Source of the DNA: Escherichia coli
Lineage (GTDB): Bacteria; Pseudomonadota; Gammaproteobacteria; Enterobacterales; Enterobacteriaceae
Length of the DNA stretch: 64,000 nt
Strand: one strand, 5' to 3'
NCBI RefSeq assembly: GCF_001677475.2
Contig: NZ_CP015229.1
Numbering within the stretch: position 1 is the first letter of the stretch; every line of letters begins with the position of its first letter. Of this stretch, positions 20,901-28,810 are shown piece by piece. The notes under the pieces were generated by a model that searched no databases, had not been told where the DNA came from, and worked only from the letters and a program-made list of their open reading frames with translations. The position numbers and the translations under genes were made by a program.

Positions 20901-21127
20901 CGAAATTTGCCAATCAACTTCTTATTGCTACTGAATCCATCTTCGCTCTGCAAAATATCTAAGAGTTCTTGCAGGTTTTCAATTAATTCCTGCTCATACT
21001 CGGCAAATTTGATAGCAACAGGAAATGTATTCTCAAAGAAGCTATCGGCTTTGGCTTTCCGGTAAGCGACCAGAAGGTCTTCAATCGTCAGATCATCCCA
21101 GCCAGTGAAAGTTGCCTGATATGTCAT
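17918..21127 (-). CDS. Reverse transcriptase fused to a C-terminal nitrilase (CN-hydrolase) domain; UG/Abi-type defence-associated RT (DRT type 1 / UG1-like architecture)
   Basis: 1069 aa. RT motifs: motif A ASLDLKSYYHFID, motif B GLVIGLTASRIISNILL, motif C YGRYVDDMFLV (about aa 310-320). C-terminal ~280 aa carry a nitrilase-like Glu/Cys pattern (VLFPELSIP ... GVMICSELQ). AT-rich gene in an island next to a tRNA. Confidence 0.85.
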   Translation of the reverse strand: MTYQATFTGWDDLTIEDLLVAYRKAKADSFFENTFPVAIKFAEYEQELIENLQELLDILQSEDGFSSNKKLIGKFRLLPKKLTTKKKHEFQNGHVHFSNPKRAADHLFNNFDLIPEFRIIGDFPVDSHIISALWINMVGHKFDASLDNCCYGARLKRIRNDELFSNEQDNPFHISAVGSFSPYFQPYQKWRGDGLKAIRDELEKDRDIIAASLDLKSYYHFIDPLAITSDDLYNTLNIKLTEHEKAFTAQLAVFLKHWSDGAAAFGKKIAYKTPVINGGLVIGLTASRIISNILLHHWDKLVIEKLSPIHYGRYVDDMFLVIRDTGKITNNHEFMLLLQDRLGNDCVYLKNEKKQIWQIQQGEHFQGKTTIQLQSDKQKLFVLQGRAGIDLLDSIEKEIYELSSEHRLMPSPDQLEHSTAAKVLSAAGSVGENADTLRRADGLTIRRLGWSLQLRYVETLARDLSPSEWKEQREEFYQFAYNHILRADNLFAHFSYLPRLLGFAISMNEWQHAEKIVLKAYESINLLASVITSGKEVTINGCKTRAVNDLWRCIKGTLSWLFVDAATRYYSPDRLFLDKRSKKEECLADTFFNHISQSLTNLKDLLDLRFDSADFYLKAPLVARADLAKEPYKQIVKSQSAEKLVNQRDRKKEVKILKLMRDSSLIDIDVIKLFLKSTKNTRLEKVAKGNRKNESYLPYIFPTRPLTPAEISELAPECVGLPSTSDKKPDERPSTVWAKYTQALRGVWIKPTLLASEQDSDEATKKARPKKFIHIGTDRKHKIVVALTSIKTEEDDWAKMACNKSNLSRSRYQRISELVNATLKLSPKPDYVLFPELSIPLRWVNSIADRLSSAGISLIAGTEYRHLGDNQLKSEAVLVLSDNRLGYPASVKIWQPKLEPAVGEDEALFSTYGKSWDSTLNVKQRKPVYIHHGVNFGVMICSELQNSKARIRFQGALDALMVLSWNKDLDTFASLIESAALDIHAYTILVNNRKYGDSRVRSPAKEPFMRDIARVKGGDNDFVIAATLDIDSLRAFQSRAKRWPKGGDKFKPLPEGFQLAKNRKKLPPK

Positions 21128-21422
21128 GCGTTATCGTCCTTAGATTAAAGTCTGTACAGAATTAGCCAGCCGTTTCATGCCCGAAGGAGGTGCTCTTGAC
21201 ACCAGTAATCCATCAGTGAGGCTGGCAATAATTTTGATTTGTATCCATGTTACACGCTCCCCGCAACCAGTCCGAGCATATATTTGTCACATTTTTCCCG
21301 AAAGTGATTAAGTTTGAATTTTTTGTTTAATGTCGATTTTTAGTCGACAAAATGAGGAATAAGTAAATTATTTCTTGCTGTGGCGTATCCCTGAACCTAC
21401 ACTGGTTTAAATATTTGTACTA

Positions 21423-22226
21423 ATGTCTATTCAGGGGCGACATTTGCCAAATTATCTAAACTGGCTGATGCAGAATACGCTACCCGGTCAGGTGCTGCTC
21501 CAGTCATGGCTTACCCGCAACGGCGTAGATCGTAAGCTCTCTTACCTCTATGTCCAGAATGGCTGGCTCAGGCGGATCGCTCACGGCGTATACTGCCGGA
21601 CGGGTCGTGAACCGGACTGGGTGGACGCGGTTTACTGCCTGCAAACACAGTGGGAAAAGCCAGTACGGGTGGCGGGGCTAACCAGCCTTGCGCTTCAGGG
21701 CCATGCGCACTATACCGAACCGGGTAAGCCGCAAATCTGGCTCGCGCTTCCGGCTTACGTCAAACTGCCGGGATGGTTTGCTGCCTTCGAACAATCTGCA
21801 ACATTTATCACGCTGTATACATCGGGCCTTACCGTTGATGTCACGTCATTTACTACGGAACTGAAAATTGGCGACCGGCAGTTAGCAGGCAGTGCCCCGG
21901 AACTGGCCGCGTATGAGATCGCCTGCGGCGTTCCTTCGTTGATATCGTTCGAACATGCCGATGCTCTGTTTCAGGGGATGAATCTTCTCAGCCCGCGTAA
22001 ATTGCAGGCGTTACTCTGCGCCAGTCATTCGGTTAAAACCAACCGGGTGATGCTTTACCTTGCCCGGCGTAATGGACACCCTTATTTTCAGTATATTGAT
22101 CAAAGCGGTATAGAAACAGGTACGGGAAAGCGGCAAATCATACCCGGCGGCTGGCTGGAGCCGGATTATCAAATTACTGTTCCACGCGAATTTAAACCGG
22201 AAGGAGTCGAAGATGGATCTGCGTGA
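21423..22226 (+). CDS. AbiEi-family antitoxin / transcriptional regulator (type IV TA, abortive infection)
   Basis: 267 aa; N-terminal winged-helix pattern (LTRNGVDRKLSYLYVQNGWLRRIAHGVYCRTG) typical of AbiEi; overlaps the downstream nucleotidyltransferase gene by 14 nt. Confidence 0.65.
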   Translation: MSIQGRHLPNYLNWLMQNTLPGQVLLQSWLTRNGVDRKLSYLYVQNGWLRRIAHGVYCRTGREPDWVDAVYCLQTQWEKPVRVAGLTSLALQGHAHYTEPGKPQIWLALPAYVKLPGWFAAFEQSATFITLYTSGLTVDVTSFTTELKIGDRQLAGSAPELAAYEIACGVPSLISFEHADALFQGMNLLSPRKLQALLCASHSVKTNRVMLYLARRNGHPYFQYIDQSGIETGTGKRQIIPGGWLEPDYQITVPREFKPEGVEDGSA

Positions 22227-23133
22227 TAGCTATACCCGGCAGGTCAAACTGTTGATGGCCGCTCTGCCGCATGTGGCGAAGGAGTCCTGTTTCGCGTTGA
22301 AAGGCGGCACGGCAATCAATTTGTTTGTGCAGGATTTTCCCCGTCTGTCGGTGGATATCGATCTGGCGTATAAGACTTTTGCGGATCGCGATACCGATTT
22401 GACGGCGATCAACGACGCTTTGAAGAGAATTACTGCATCGCTGAACAGTAAACCGGGGATTACCGCGATTCGGCAGGAAAATAAAACGGATGAAAAGCGC
22501 ATCATTGTGAATACGGCTGATGCCCAGATTAAGATCGAGGTTAGTCCGGTCTGGCGTGGGCTGTTGTTGCCTCCGGCAGAAATGTCGGTGTGCGAACGTG
22601 TGGAAATGGAGTATGGCTTCACCACTATGAGTGTCGTTTCGCTGGCGGATCTTTATGGCGGTAAAATCTGCGCAGCGCTTGATCGTCAGCACCCGCGCGA
22701 TCTGTTTGATGTGCTGAATATGCTGGAGAAACCGGGACTGATGCGGGAGATCTTTGACGGTTTTCTTTGTTATCTGGCAGGCCATCCCCGCCCCATTGCC
22801 GAGTTGCTGGCCCCAAACTGGGATACAGAGCGGATCACGACGCTGTATGCCCAGGAATTTTCGGGGATGACTCAGCAGGAAACGTCGCTGGAATCGCTGC
22901 TGTCAGTAACGACTTTGCTGCCGCAGGCGTTGAAGTCACATCTTACGGATCTGGATCGCGAGTTCTTGCTCAGTTTTAAGCAAAACAGCCCTGACTGGTC
23001 GCGGTATCGCTATCCTGAAATTCAGCATCTTCCGGCTATTCGCTGGAAGCAACGCAATCTGGCGGTGCTTAAAGATAAAAATCCGGCGAAGTATGTGGCG
23101 GCGGTGAATAAGCTAGAGAGGGTGCTGGAGTAA
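22213..23133 (+). CDS. AbiEii/AbiGii-family nucleotidyltransferase toxin (DUF1814)
   Basis: 306 aa; N-terminal LKGGTAINLF and DIDLAY motifs of the AbiEii nucleotidyltransferase fold; translationally coupled to the upstream AbiEi-like gene. Confidence 0.75.
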   Translation: MDLRDSYTRQVKLLMAALPHVAKESCFALKGGTAINLFVQDFPRLSVDIDLAYKTFADRDTDLTAINDALKRITASLNSKPGITAIRQENKTDEKRIIVNTADAQIKIEVSPVWRGLLLPPAEMSVCERVEMEYGFTTMSVVSLADLYGGKICAALDRQHPRDLFDVLNMLEKPGLMREIFDGFLCYLAGHPRPIAELLAPNWDTERITTLYAQEFSGMTQQETSLESLLSVTTLLPQALKSHLTDLDREFLLSFKQNSPDWSRYRYPEIQHLPAIRWKQRNLAVLKDKNPAKYVAAVNKLERVLE

Positions 23134-23538
23134 TATTCTTAGCGCTGTTCAGGGACTCTGAATTGGGCCATGATGCTTTGGTTATATGAATAACTTCGTG
23201 GCCATAACTCAAACATATTCATTTAATTCAATACATAGCACCATCGAGTAAGAGATCGCTGAGTCATTAGACGATCTCTGCTCGTGGAAATACGAAACTA
23301 TCTCTTTCCAAAGCTGATCTGAATAACATTATCTGGAGCATCATTATTAGACCTGATGATCTCATGCTCAATAAAATCCCCCCATTTCAAAAAAAGATCC
23401 CGTAATTTTTCCGCCTGCTGCCCGACCTGATAAGTTCTGATTAATCTGTCTTTCGGAACATGATTCAACAGAAGTTCTATAAGCCGTTCTGGCGCATCCA
23501 GATACTCAGCACAGCCTGTAGAGTGCAGGTGCAGACAT

Positions 23539-24438
23539 TTAAGCCAATTGCTGCCGCCATTCCTTGACGTGGTCAATCAGGGCGCGGAGCTTTGGTGCAA
23601 TATTGCGACGCTGTGGGAAATACAGATAGAAGCCCGGAAATTGTGGAAGAAAGTCATCAAGCAGCGATACAAGCTTACCGCTTTCAATATATGGCCTGAA
23701 CGTTTCCTGAGTGGCAATTGTTATTCCTCCGCCGGCAAGAGCCAGCCTCAACATCAGACGCAGATCATTCGTCGTAATCTGCGGTTCAATCGCAAGGTCG
23801 AAAGCTCTACCGTTTTCTTCAAATGGCCAGCGATAAGGAGCAACCTCCGGGGACTGACGCCAGCCGATACACTTATGATTCACAAGTTCACGCGGGTGAA
23901 CAGGTGTGCTGTTGGCTGCGAGATAGGAGGGAGAGGCAACGACCATTTCACGCTGCCTGGCGGTAAGGGGAACAGCAATCATGTCTTTTTCAATGACCTC
24001 TCCGAGCCTTACGCCAGCATCGTAACCTGCGGCAACGATATCGAATTCCTCATCCGTGACAACAATATCAAGCGTAACGGCTGGATTGGCAGCTGCAAAC
24101 GAAGCGATTAGCGGACCTGAAAGAAATTCTTCTGCTATCGACGTCACCGCGATTCTGAGATGTCCACGTGGTACATGGTCAGAAACCATCTCTTCGAACG
24201 CTGCCTCAATACCGGATAAAGGTAATGACAACGATTTATGCAGCCGTTCTCCCGCTTCCGTCAAATTAACTGAGCGCGTGGTCCGCATTACAAGCATTGT
24301 CCCGAATGCATCTTCAAGGCGTCTTATTCCCTGACTGACCGCTGAACGGGTAACGCCCAGTCGTGCGGCGGCTTTACTGAAATTACTCTCTTCTGCTACC
24401 GCGATAAAAATGGGTAAAAGATTAAGATCGATTTTCAT
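23539..24438 (-). CDS. LysR-family transcriptional regulator
   Basis: 299 aa; N-terminal HTH (FSKAAARLGVTRSAVSQGIRRLE) and LysR substrate-binding domain; divergent from an SDR gene. Confidence 0.85.
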   Translation of the reverse strand: MKIDLNLLPIFIAVAEESNFSKAAARLGVTRSAVSQGIRRLEDAFGTMLVMRTTRSVNLTEAGERLHKSLSLPLSGIEAAFEEMVSDHVPRGHLRIAVTSIAEEFLSGPLIASFAAANPAVTLDIVVTDEEFDIVAAGYDAGVRLGEVIEKDMIAVPLTARQREMVVASPSYLAANSTPVHPRELVNHKCIGWRQSPEVAPYRWPFEENGRAFDLAIEPQITTNDLRLMLRLALAGGGITIATQETFRPYIESGKLVSLLDDFLPQFPGFYLYFPQRRNIAPKLRALIDHVKEWRQQLA

Positions 24439-24536
24439 TGTTTAATGCCGCTAACCACTGAGTACATTGAAAGCAGGATACTGGAACCAATCATAAAGTT
24501 CTATTATCTCTCCGAACACATTTGAAGGAGAACGTA

Positions 24537-25259
24537 ATGGATAAGGTCATATTAATCACCGGCGCATCAAGTGGTATTGGGGAAGGTATTGCCAGAGAAC
24601 TGGGAACGACAGGTGCGAAGGTTTTACTGGGCGCACGCAGAGTTGAGCGTATCGAAGCCATTGCAACCGAAATCTGCCTCGCAGGAGGAATTGCTAAAGC
24701 GCGGGAGTTGGATGTCACAGACCGACAGTCCATGGCCGATTTCGTGCAAGCAGCGCTGGATAACTGGGGGCGAGTTGATGTTCTTATCAATAATGCGGGC
24801 GTTATGCCGCTTTCACCGCTTGCAGCAGGAAAACAGGATGAATGGGAGCTCACTATTGACGTGAATATCAAAGGTGTACTGTGGGGAATTGGCGCTGTAC
24901 TTCCGGTGATGGAAGCACAGGGTTCCGGTCAGATAATCAATCTTGGTTCTATTGGTGCCCTTTCTGTTGTGCCCACAGGCGCAGTCTATTGTGCATCAAA
25001 ATTTGCAGTACGGGCTATTTCTGATGGCTTACGGCAGGAAAGCTCGAAAATCCGTGTGACCTGCGTAAATCCTGGCGTTGTCGAAAGTGAACTGGCTTCA
25101 ACCATTACCCATGTGGAAACCATGAAGGCAATGGACGCCTACCGTTCTGTTGCACTTCAACCCGCGGATATTGCCCGTGCTGTAAGGCATATTATTGAAT
25201 CTCCCGAAAGCGTTGATACAACCGAAATTACCATCAGACCCACTGCATCTGCAAACTGA
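24537..25259 (+). CDS. Short-chain dehydrogenase/reductase (SDR) family oxidoreductase
   Basis: TGASSGIG Rossmann motif and the S...YxxxK catalytic pattern (YCASK); start taken at MDKVILITG. Confidence 0.85.
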   Translation: MDKVILITGASSGIGEGIARELGTTGAKVLLGARRVERIEAIATEICLAGGIAKARELDVTDRQSMADFVQAALDNWGRVDVLINNAGVMPLSPLAAGKQDEWELTIDVNIKGVLWGIGAVLPVMEAQGSGQIINLGSIGALSVVPTGAVYCASKFAVRAISDGLRQESSKIRVTCVNPGVVESELASTITHVETMKAMDAYRSVALQPADIARAVRHIIESPESVDTTEITIRPTASAN

Positions 25260-25470
25260 AGAATAACTTTTACATTCACGTTTTATTAAATATGTCAGAA
25301 GGAAAATTTATATCCACCTGTTTTGCATAGCAAGATGCATTATGTATTGCTCACCCCGAAGGAGATGAAGTTTTAATTACAGAAGGAGTATTTTCTCTTG
25401 GAGTAAATATGGCTCATGTTTAATGCCTATGTATATAAAACTCATCCTCTCAATTGTCAGGAGAATTAAC

Positions 25471-25701
25471 ATGAATACTATCTGTTCTTTAATTGTTGTG
25501 GTTACACTGTCTTTATTATCATTCAGTAGCGTCGCCAAAACGATTACTGCCGTCGGTTCAACCATCGACAGCACTGAAAAAGAAATTTCTTTACAGGCAG
25601 AAAAACAAGGAAAATCATATAAAATTCTGGGCGCATTTTTCAAGAACAGAGTTTATATTATAGCAAAGTTAACACCAGTCAGTAAAAATGATGCTTCATA
25701 A
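25471..25701 (+). CDS. Small secreted DUF1471 (YdgH/BhsA/McbA-like) protein
   Basis: About 76 aa with a signal peptide (MNTICSLIVVVTLSLLSFSSVA) and a mature part resembling the BhsA/YhcN family; boundaries uncertain. Confidence 0.5.
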   Translation: MNTICSLIVVVTLSLLSFSSVAKTITAVGSTIDSTEKEISLQAEKQGKSYKILGAFFKNRVYIIAKLTPVSKNDAS

Positions 25702-25752
25702 GGCTCATGATATAATTTTTAAGACATGATCAAGAAGCACGTTTATTTATTC

Positions 25753-25880
25753 ATATACTCTAAATAATTCAAGTTGCAGGAAGGCGACAAGTGAGTGAAT
25801 CCCCAGGAGCTTACAAAAGTAAGTGACTGGGGTGAATGAACGCAGTCGCAGCACATGCAACTTGAAGTATGACGAGTATA
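25753..25880. repeat. ERIC/IRU element, copy 2
   Basis: Over 90% identical by eye to the copy at 6873-7008 (GTGAATCCCCAGGAGCTTAC ... AAGTAAGTGACTGGGGTGAATG). Confidence 0.85.
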
Positions 25881-26031
25881 ATTATCATTATTATGGCCAT
25901 GGAATACCTGACAAATGACGCTACCCCAACCTTCTGTACCAGTCGTTCTGCTAATTCTACCGATGCTTCGGTCTGGAGTGGTAGAGTAATATTAGACACA
26001 GTTTTATTTTCTCTCTTTTTCGAGGGCTGTA

Positions 26032-26297
26032 TATGAACAGGAAGAATACATCCCTAAGCGGTTAATGCTGGCGTAATCAATAGACCAGCATTAATCACAG
26101 ATGATTATCAATCAGACAGAAATGGTTAAATCGTCGAATTCATAATTAATACTTTTTGTAACGCCGCTGAATAGCTTGAAAAGGATGTATATTTTAAATA
26201 TCAGTGAAGTGAACAGTTTATTGCCGTTATTAATAGAAATGGAGGAATAAATACGCGTATTCTACTATTGCAACAAAAACAACGATATTGATCATTT
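26032..26297. repeat. Intergenic repeat module, intact copy (two halves contiguous)
   Basis: First half matches 44674-44784 and second half matches 45478-45622 (for example TATTTTAAATATCAGTGAAGTGAACAGTTTATTGCCGTTATTAATAGAAATGGAG); contains an internal inverted repeat TTAATGCTGG...CCAGCATTAA. Confidence 0.7.
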
Positions 26298-26527
26298 TTC
26301 ATAATGAAGTAACCTGACAGATATAAAAATGTTGATTGAGGCTAAATGCCCGGATGAAGGTTGTCGAGGGAGCCAGGTTGTTTTTTCTTTTGGATGATCT
26401 CCATTGCTGGATAGTCCCCTTGTACAGATAAGTCTGCTCTTTCTCGCTCAAAGCAGACCCTGGAATTGAACGCAGAGTGACTACCTGACACAATATTGCA
26501 CCGTGAAGAGTCGGTCGTTGTTAACGT

Positions 26528-27412
26528 TCAGATTTTCAATGTATCAATGACCATCCGCAGAGCGGGGGAGACGTTGCGATGAGGGTAATAGAGAAACAAT
26601 CCCTCCATTCGCAGGCTGTAACGCTGCAACACTCTGATAAGCTTACCGTGTTCTAAATCATCCGCGACCAGTTCAACAGGAACATAGGCCAATCCGAGGC
26701 CCAGCCGGGCTGCTTCTGCTTCCATATAGCTGTCGGATAAGGCCCATTGCCCTTCAGGGCGATGAGTGATTTTTTTATCATCCTGATTGAGTTCCCACTG
26801 GTATACGCTGCCGTCGGCAAACTGATAGGCGATACAGGGATGCGCCTTTAAATCCGCCGGGGTTTGCGGAAAACCATAGCGACGAAAATGTTCCGGAGTC
26901 CCCACAATTGCCATCTCCATATCGGGCGTGATGCGTACCGCGACCATGCCCTGACCGACTTCAGGCCCCAGGCGGACACCTGCATCGAATCTTTCCTCGA
27001 TGATATCGACGAACCGGCTCTCATTTATCAGTTCAAGCCGGATATCAGGATATCGCTGTTTAAATACCGCCAGCTTTGGCAGCAGGCATTTATCAATCGC
27101 GTGCTGGCTGGCATTGATACGCACCGTGCCGGAGGGCGTCTCTCGATAGTGCGCCAGCGTGGCAAGCCCAAGATCTAACATTTCAAATCCAGATGCCGTC
27201 TTCTGGTAGAGCTGCTCGCCTGCTTGTGTCAGCGACAGTTTACGCGTGGTGCGCACTAGCAGCTGGACGCCCAGCCTTTCTTCAAGCTCGCGAACAGAAC
27301 GGCTGACTCCTGACTGAGCAAGACCCAGCCGCTGAGCTGCTGCGGTAAAGCTGCCTTCCCGCACCACCTGCATAAACAGGTACAGCTCGTTGTAGTTCTC
27401 CCTTTTCGCCAT
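26528..27412 (-). CDS. LysR-family transcriptional regulator (position of K-12 yagP)
   Basis: 294 aa, HTH (FTAAAQRLGLAQSGVSRSVRELE); divergent from a hydrolase/MFS gene pair. Confidence 0.85.
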   Translation of the reverse strand: MAKRENYNELYLFMQVVREGSFTAAAQRLGLAQSGVSRSVRELEERLGVQLLVRTTRKLSLTQAGEQLYQKTASGFEMLDLGLATLAHYRETPSGTVRINASQHAIDKCLLPKLAVFKQRYPDIRLELINESRFVDIIEERFDAGVRLGPEVGQGMVAVRITPDMEMAIVGTPEHFRRYGFPQTPADLKAHPCIAYQFADGSVYQWELNQDDKKITHRPEGQWALSDSYMEAEAARLGLGLAYVPVELVADDLEHGKLIRVLQRYSLRMEGLFLYYPHRNVSPALRMVIDTLKI

Positions 27413-27598
27413 TGAAACATCCCCCCTTCATGCCGGCAATCTCCGCATTAATTTATAACAATATGGTATTAATCTTAGCATTAATCGCCCCCTAATCAGC
27501 ACTAATTCTGCTCATTATAATGACCCCATCAAAGCAAAGCACCGCAGCGTTGTCCGTCGGAAACCTGTATCTCTCTGTTGTTTTTTATGGGGATTTTT

Positions 27599-28735
27599 AT
27601 GAAAGCCTTCACCCGAACGCTAAAAACCGCGATGCCGACCATGTTGCTTTTCGCATCATTAAGTGGAGTCACGACAATGAGTTATGCTGATTCAACCAAT
27701 CCTAATGCCCCTGTGTCCATGACAGATAAATGGGATAAAACGTTCGCCGAGAGCCAGAAAGTCGATCACCGTAAAGTCTCGTTCCCGAACCGATATGGCA
27801 TCACCTTAGTGGGCGATCTTTACCTGCCTAAAGACCGTGGCGATCGCAAACTGGCGGCGATTGCGGTCAGTGGGCCATTTGGCGCGGTGAAAGAGCAATC
27901 CAGCGGCTTGTATGCGCAGACGCTGGCGGAACGAGGGTTTGTTACCCTGGCGTTCGATCCTTCTTACACCGGGGAAAGCGGCGGCTATCCGCGAAACGTC
28001 GCCTCACCGGATATCAACACTGAAGATTTCAGCGCGGCGGTGGATTTCTTAGGGCTGCAAAAAGAGGTAGATCGCAACCGTATCGGGCTGCTCGGTATTT
28101 GTGGCTGGGGCGGCATGGCGCTGAACGACGCGGCGATGGATACCCGCGTTAAAGCGGTAGCTACCAGCGTGATGTATGACATGAGCCGGGCGATGGGTCA
28201 TGGTGTGGGGGATGGCAAAGACCGTTATTCTATCGCCGACCGTCGTGCTGTTCTGCAATATCTGAATGAACAGCGCCGGAAGGATGCGCAGAGCGGAACG
28301 TTCGCTCACGGTGGTCATGATATTAATGTCGATAGCAACGGCAAGGTCAGTGCTGGCGAGCGCATTCTGCCAGAAACGCTGCCGGCAAATCCTCATCCGG
28401 TACTGAAAGAGTTCTTTGACTACTATCGCATGCCGCGCGGCTTCCACGAACGTTCCGTTAACTCTACCGGGGCGTGGACGGCAACGATGCCGCTGTCATT
28501 TATGAATATGCCGCTGTTGAGCTACGCCAGTGAAATCACCATTCCGACGCTGATTGTGACCGGTGAGAAAGCACATTCACGTTATTTTGCTGAAGATGCT
28601 TACAAGGCGGTTGGCAGTAAAGACAAAGAGCTGGTGGTGGTACCAGGGGCAAATCACGTGGACCTGTACGATAACGTGGCCGGAAAAATACCTTTCGCGA
28701 AGTTCGAACAATTTTTCCAGACCAAACTGAAATAA
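27599..28735 (+). CDS. Secreted alpha/beta-fold hydrolase
   Basis: Signal peptide, then an alpha/beta hydrolase-like core (GICGWGG nucleophile-elbow-like motif); start taken at MKAFTRTLK. Confidence 0.7.
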   Translation: MKAFTRTLKTAMPTMLLFASLSGVTTMSYADSTNPNAPVSMTDKWDKTFAESQKVDHRKVSFPNRYGITLVGDLYLPKDRGDRKLAAIAVSGPFGAVKEQSSGLYAQTLAERGFVTLAFDPSYTGESGGYPRNVASPDINTEDFSAAVDFLGLQKEVDRNRIGLLGICGWGGMALNDAAMDTRVKAVATSVMYDMSRAMGHGVGDGKDRYSIADRRAVLQYLNEQRRKDAQSGTFAHGGHDINVDSNGKVSAGERILPETLPANPHPVLKEFFDYYRMPRGFHERSVNSTGAWTATMPLSFMNMPLLSYASEITIPTLIVTGEKAHSRYFAEDAYKAVGSKDKELVVVPGANHVDLYDNVAGKIPFAKFEQFFQTKLK

Positions 28736-28810
28736 AACCTCTCCTGAATTGATGCAAAGCCACCGGTCTATGGCAGGTGGCTTTTATCCTGATCTTTGTG
28801 AAATTTCACT

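Noticed and set aside
23298-23576. 92-aa minus-strand ORF overlapping the 3' end of the LysR gene
   Set aside because: Overlaps the LysR stop region by 38 nt and has no recognisable domain or ribosome-binding site; possibly a remnant of a lost gene, but not supportable as a CDS.
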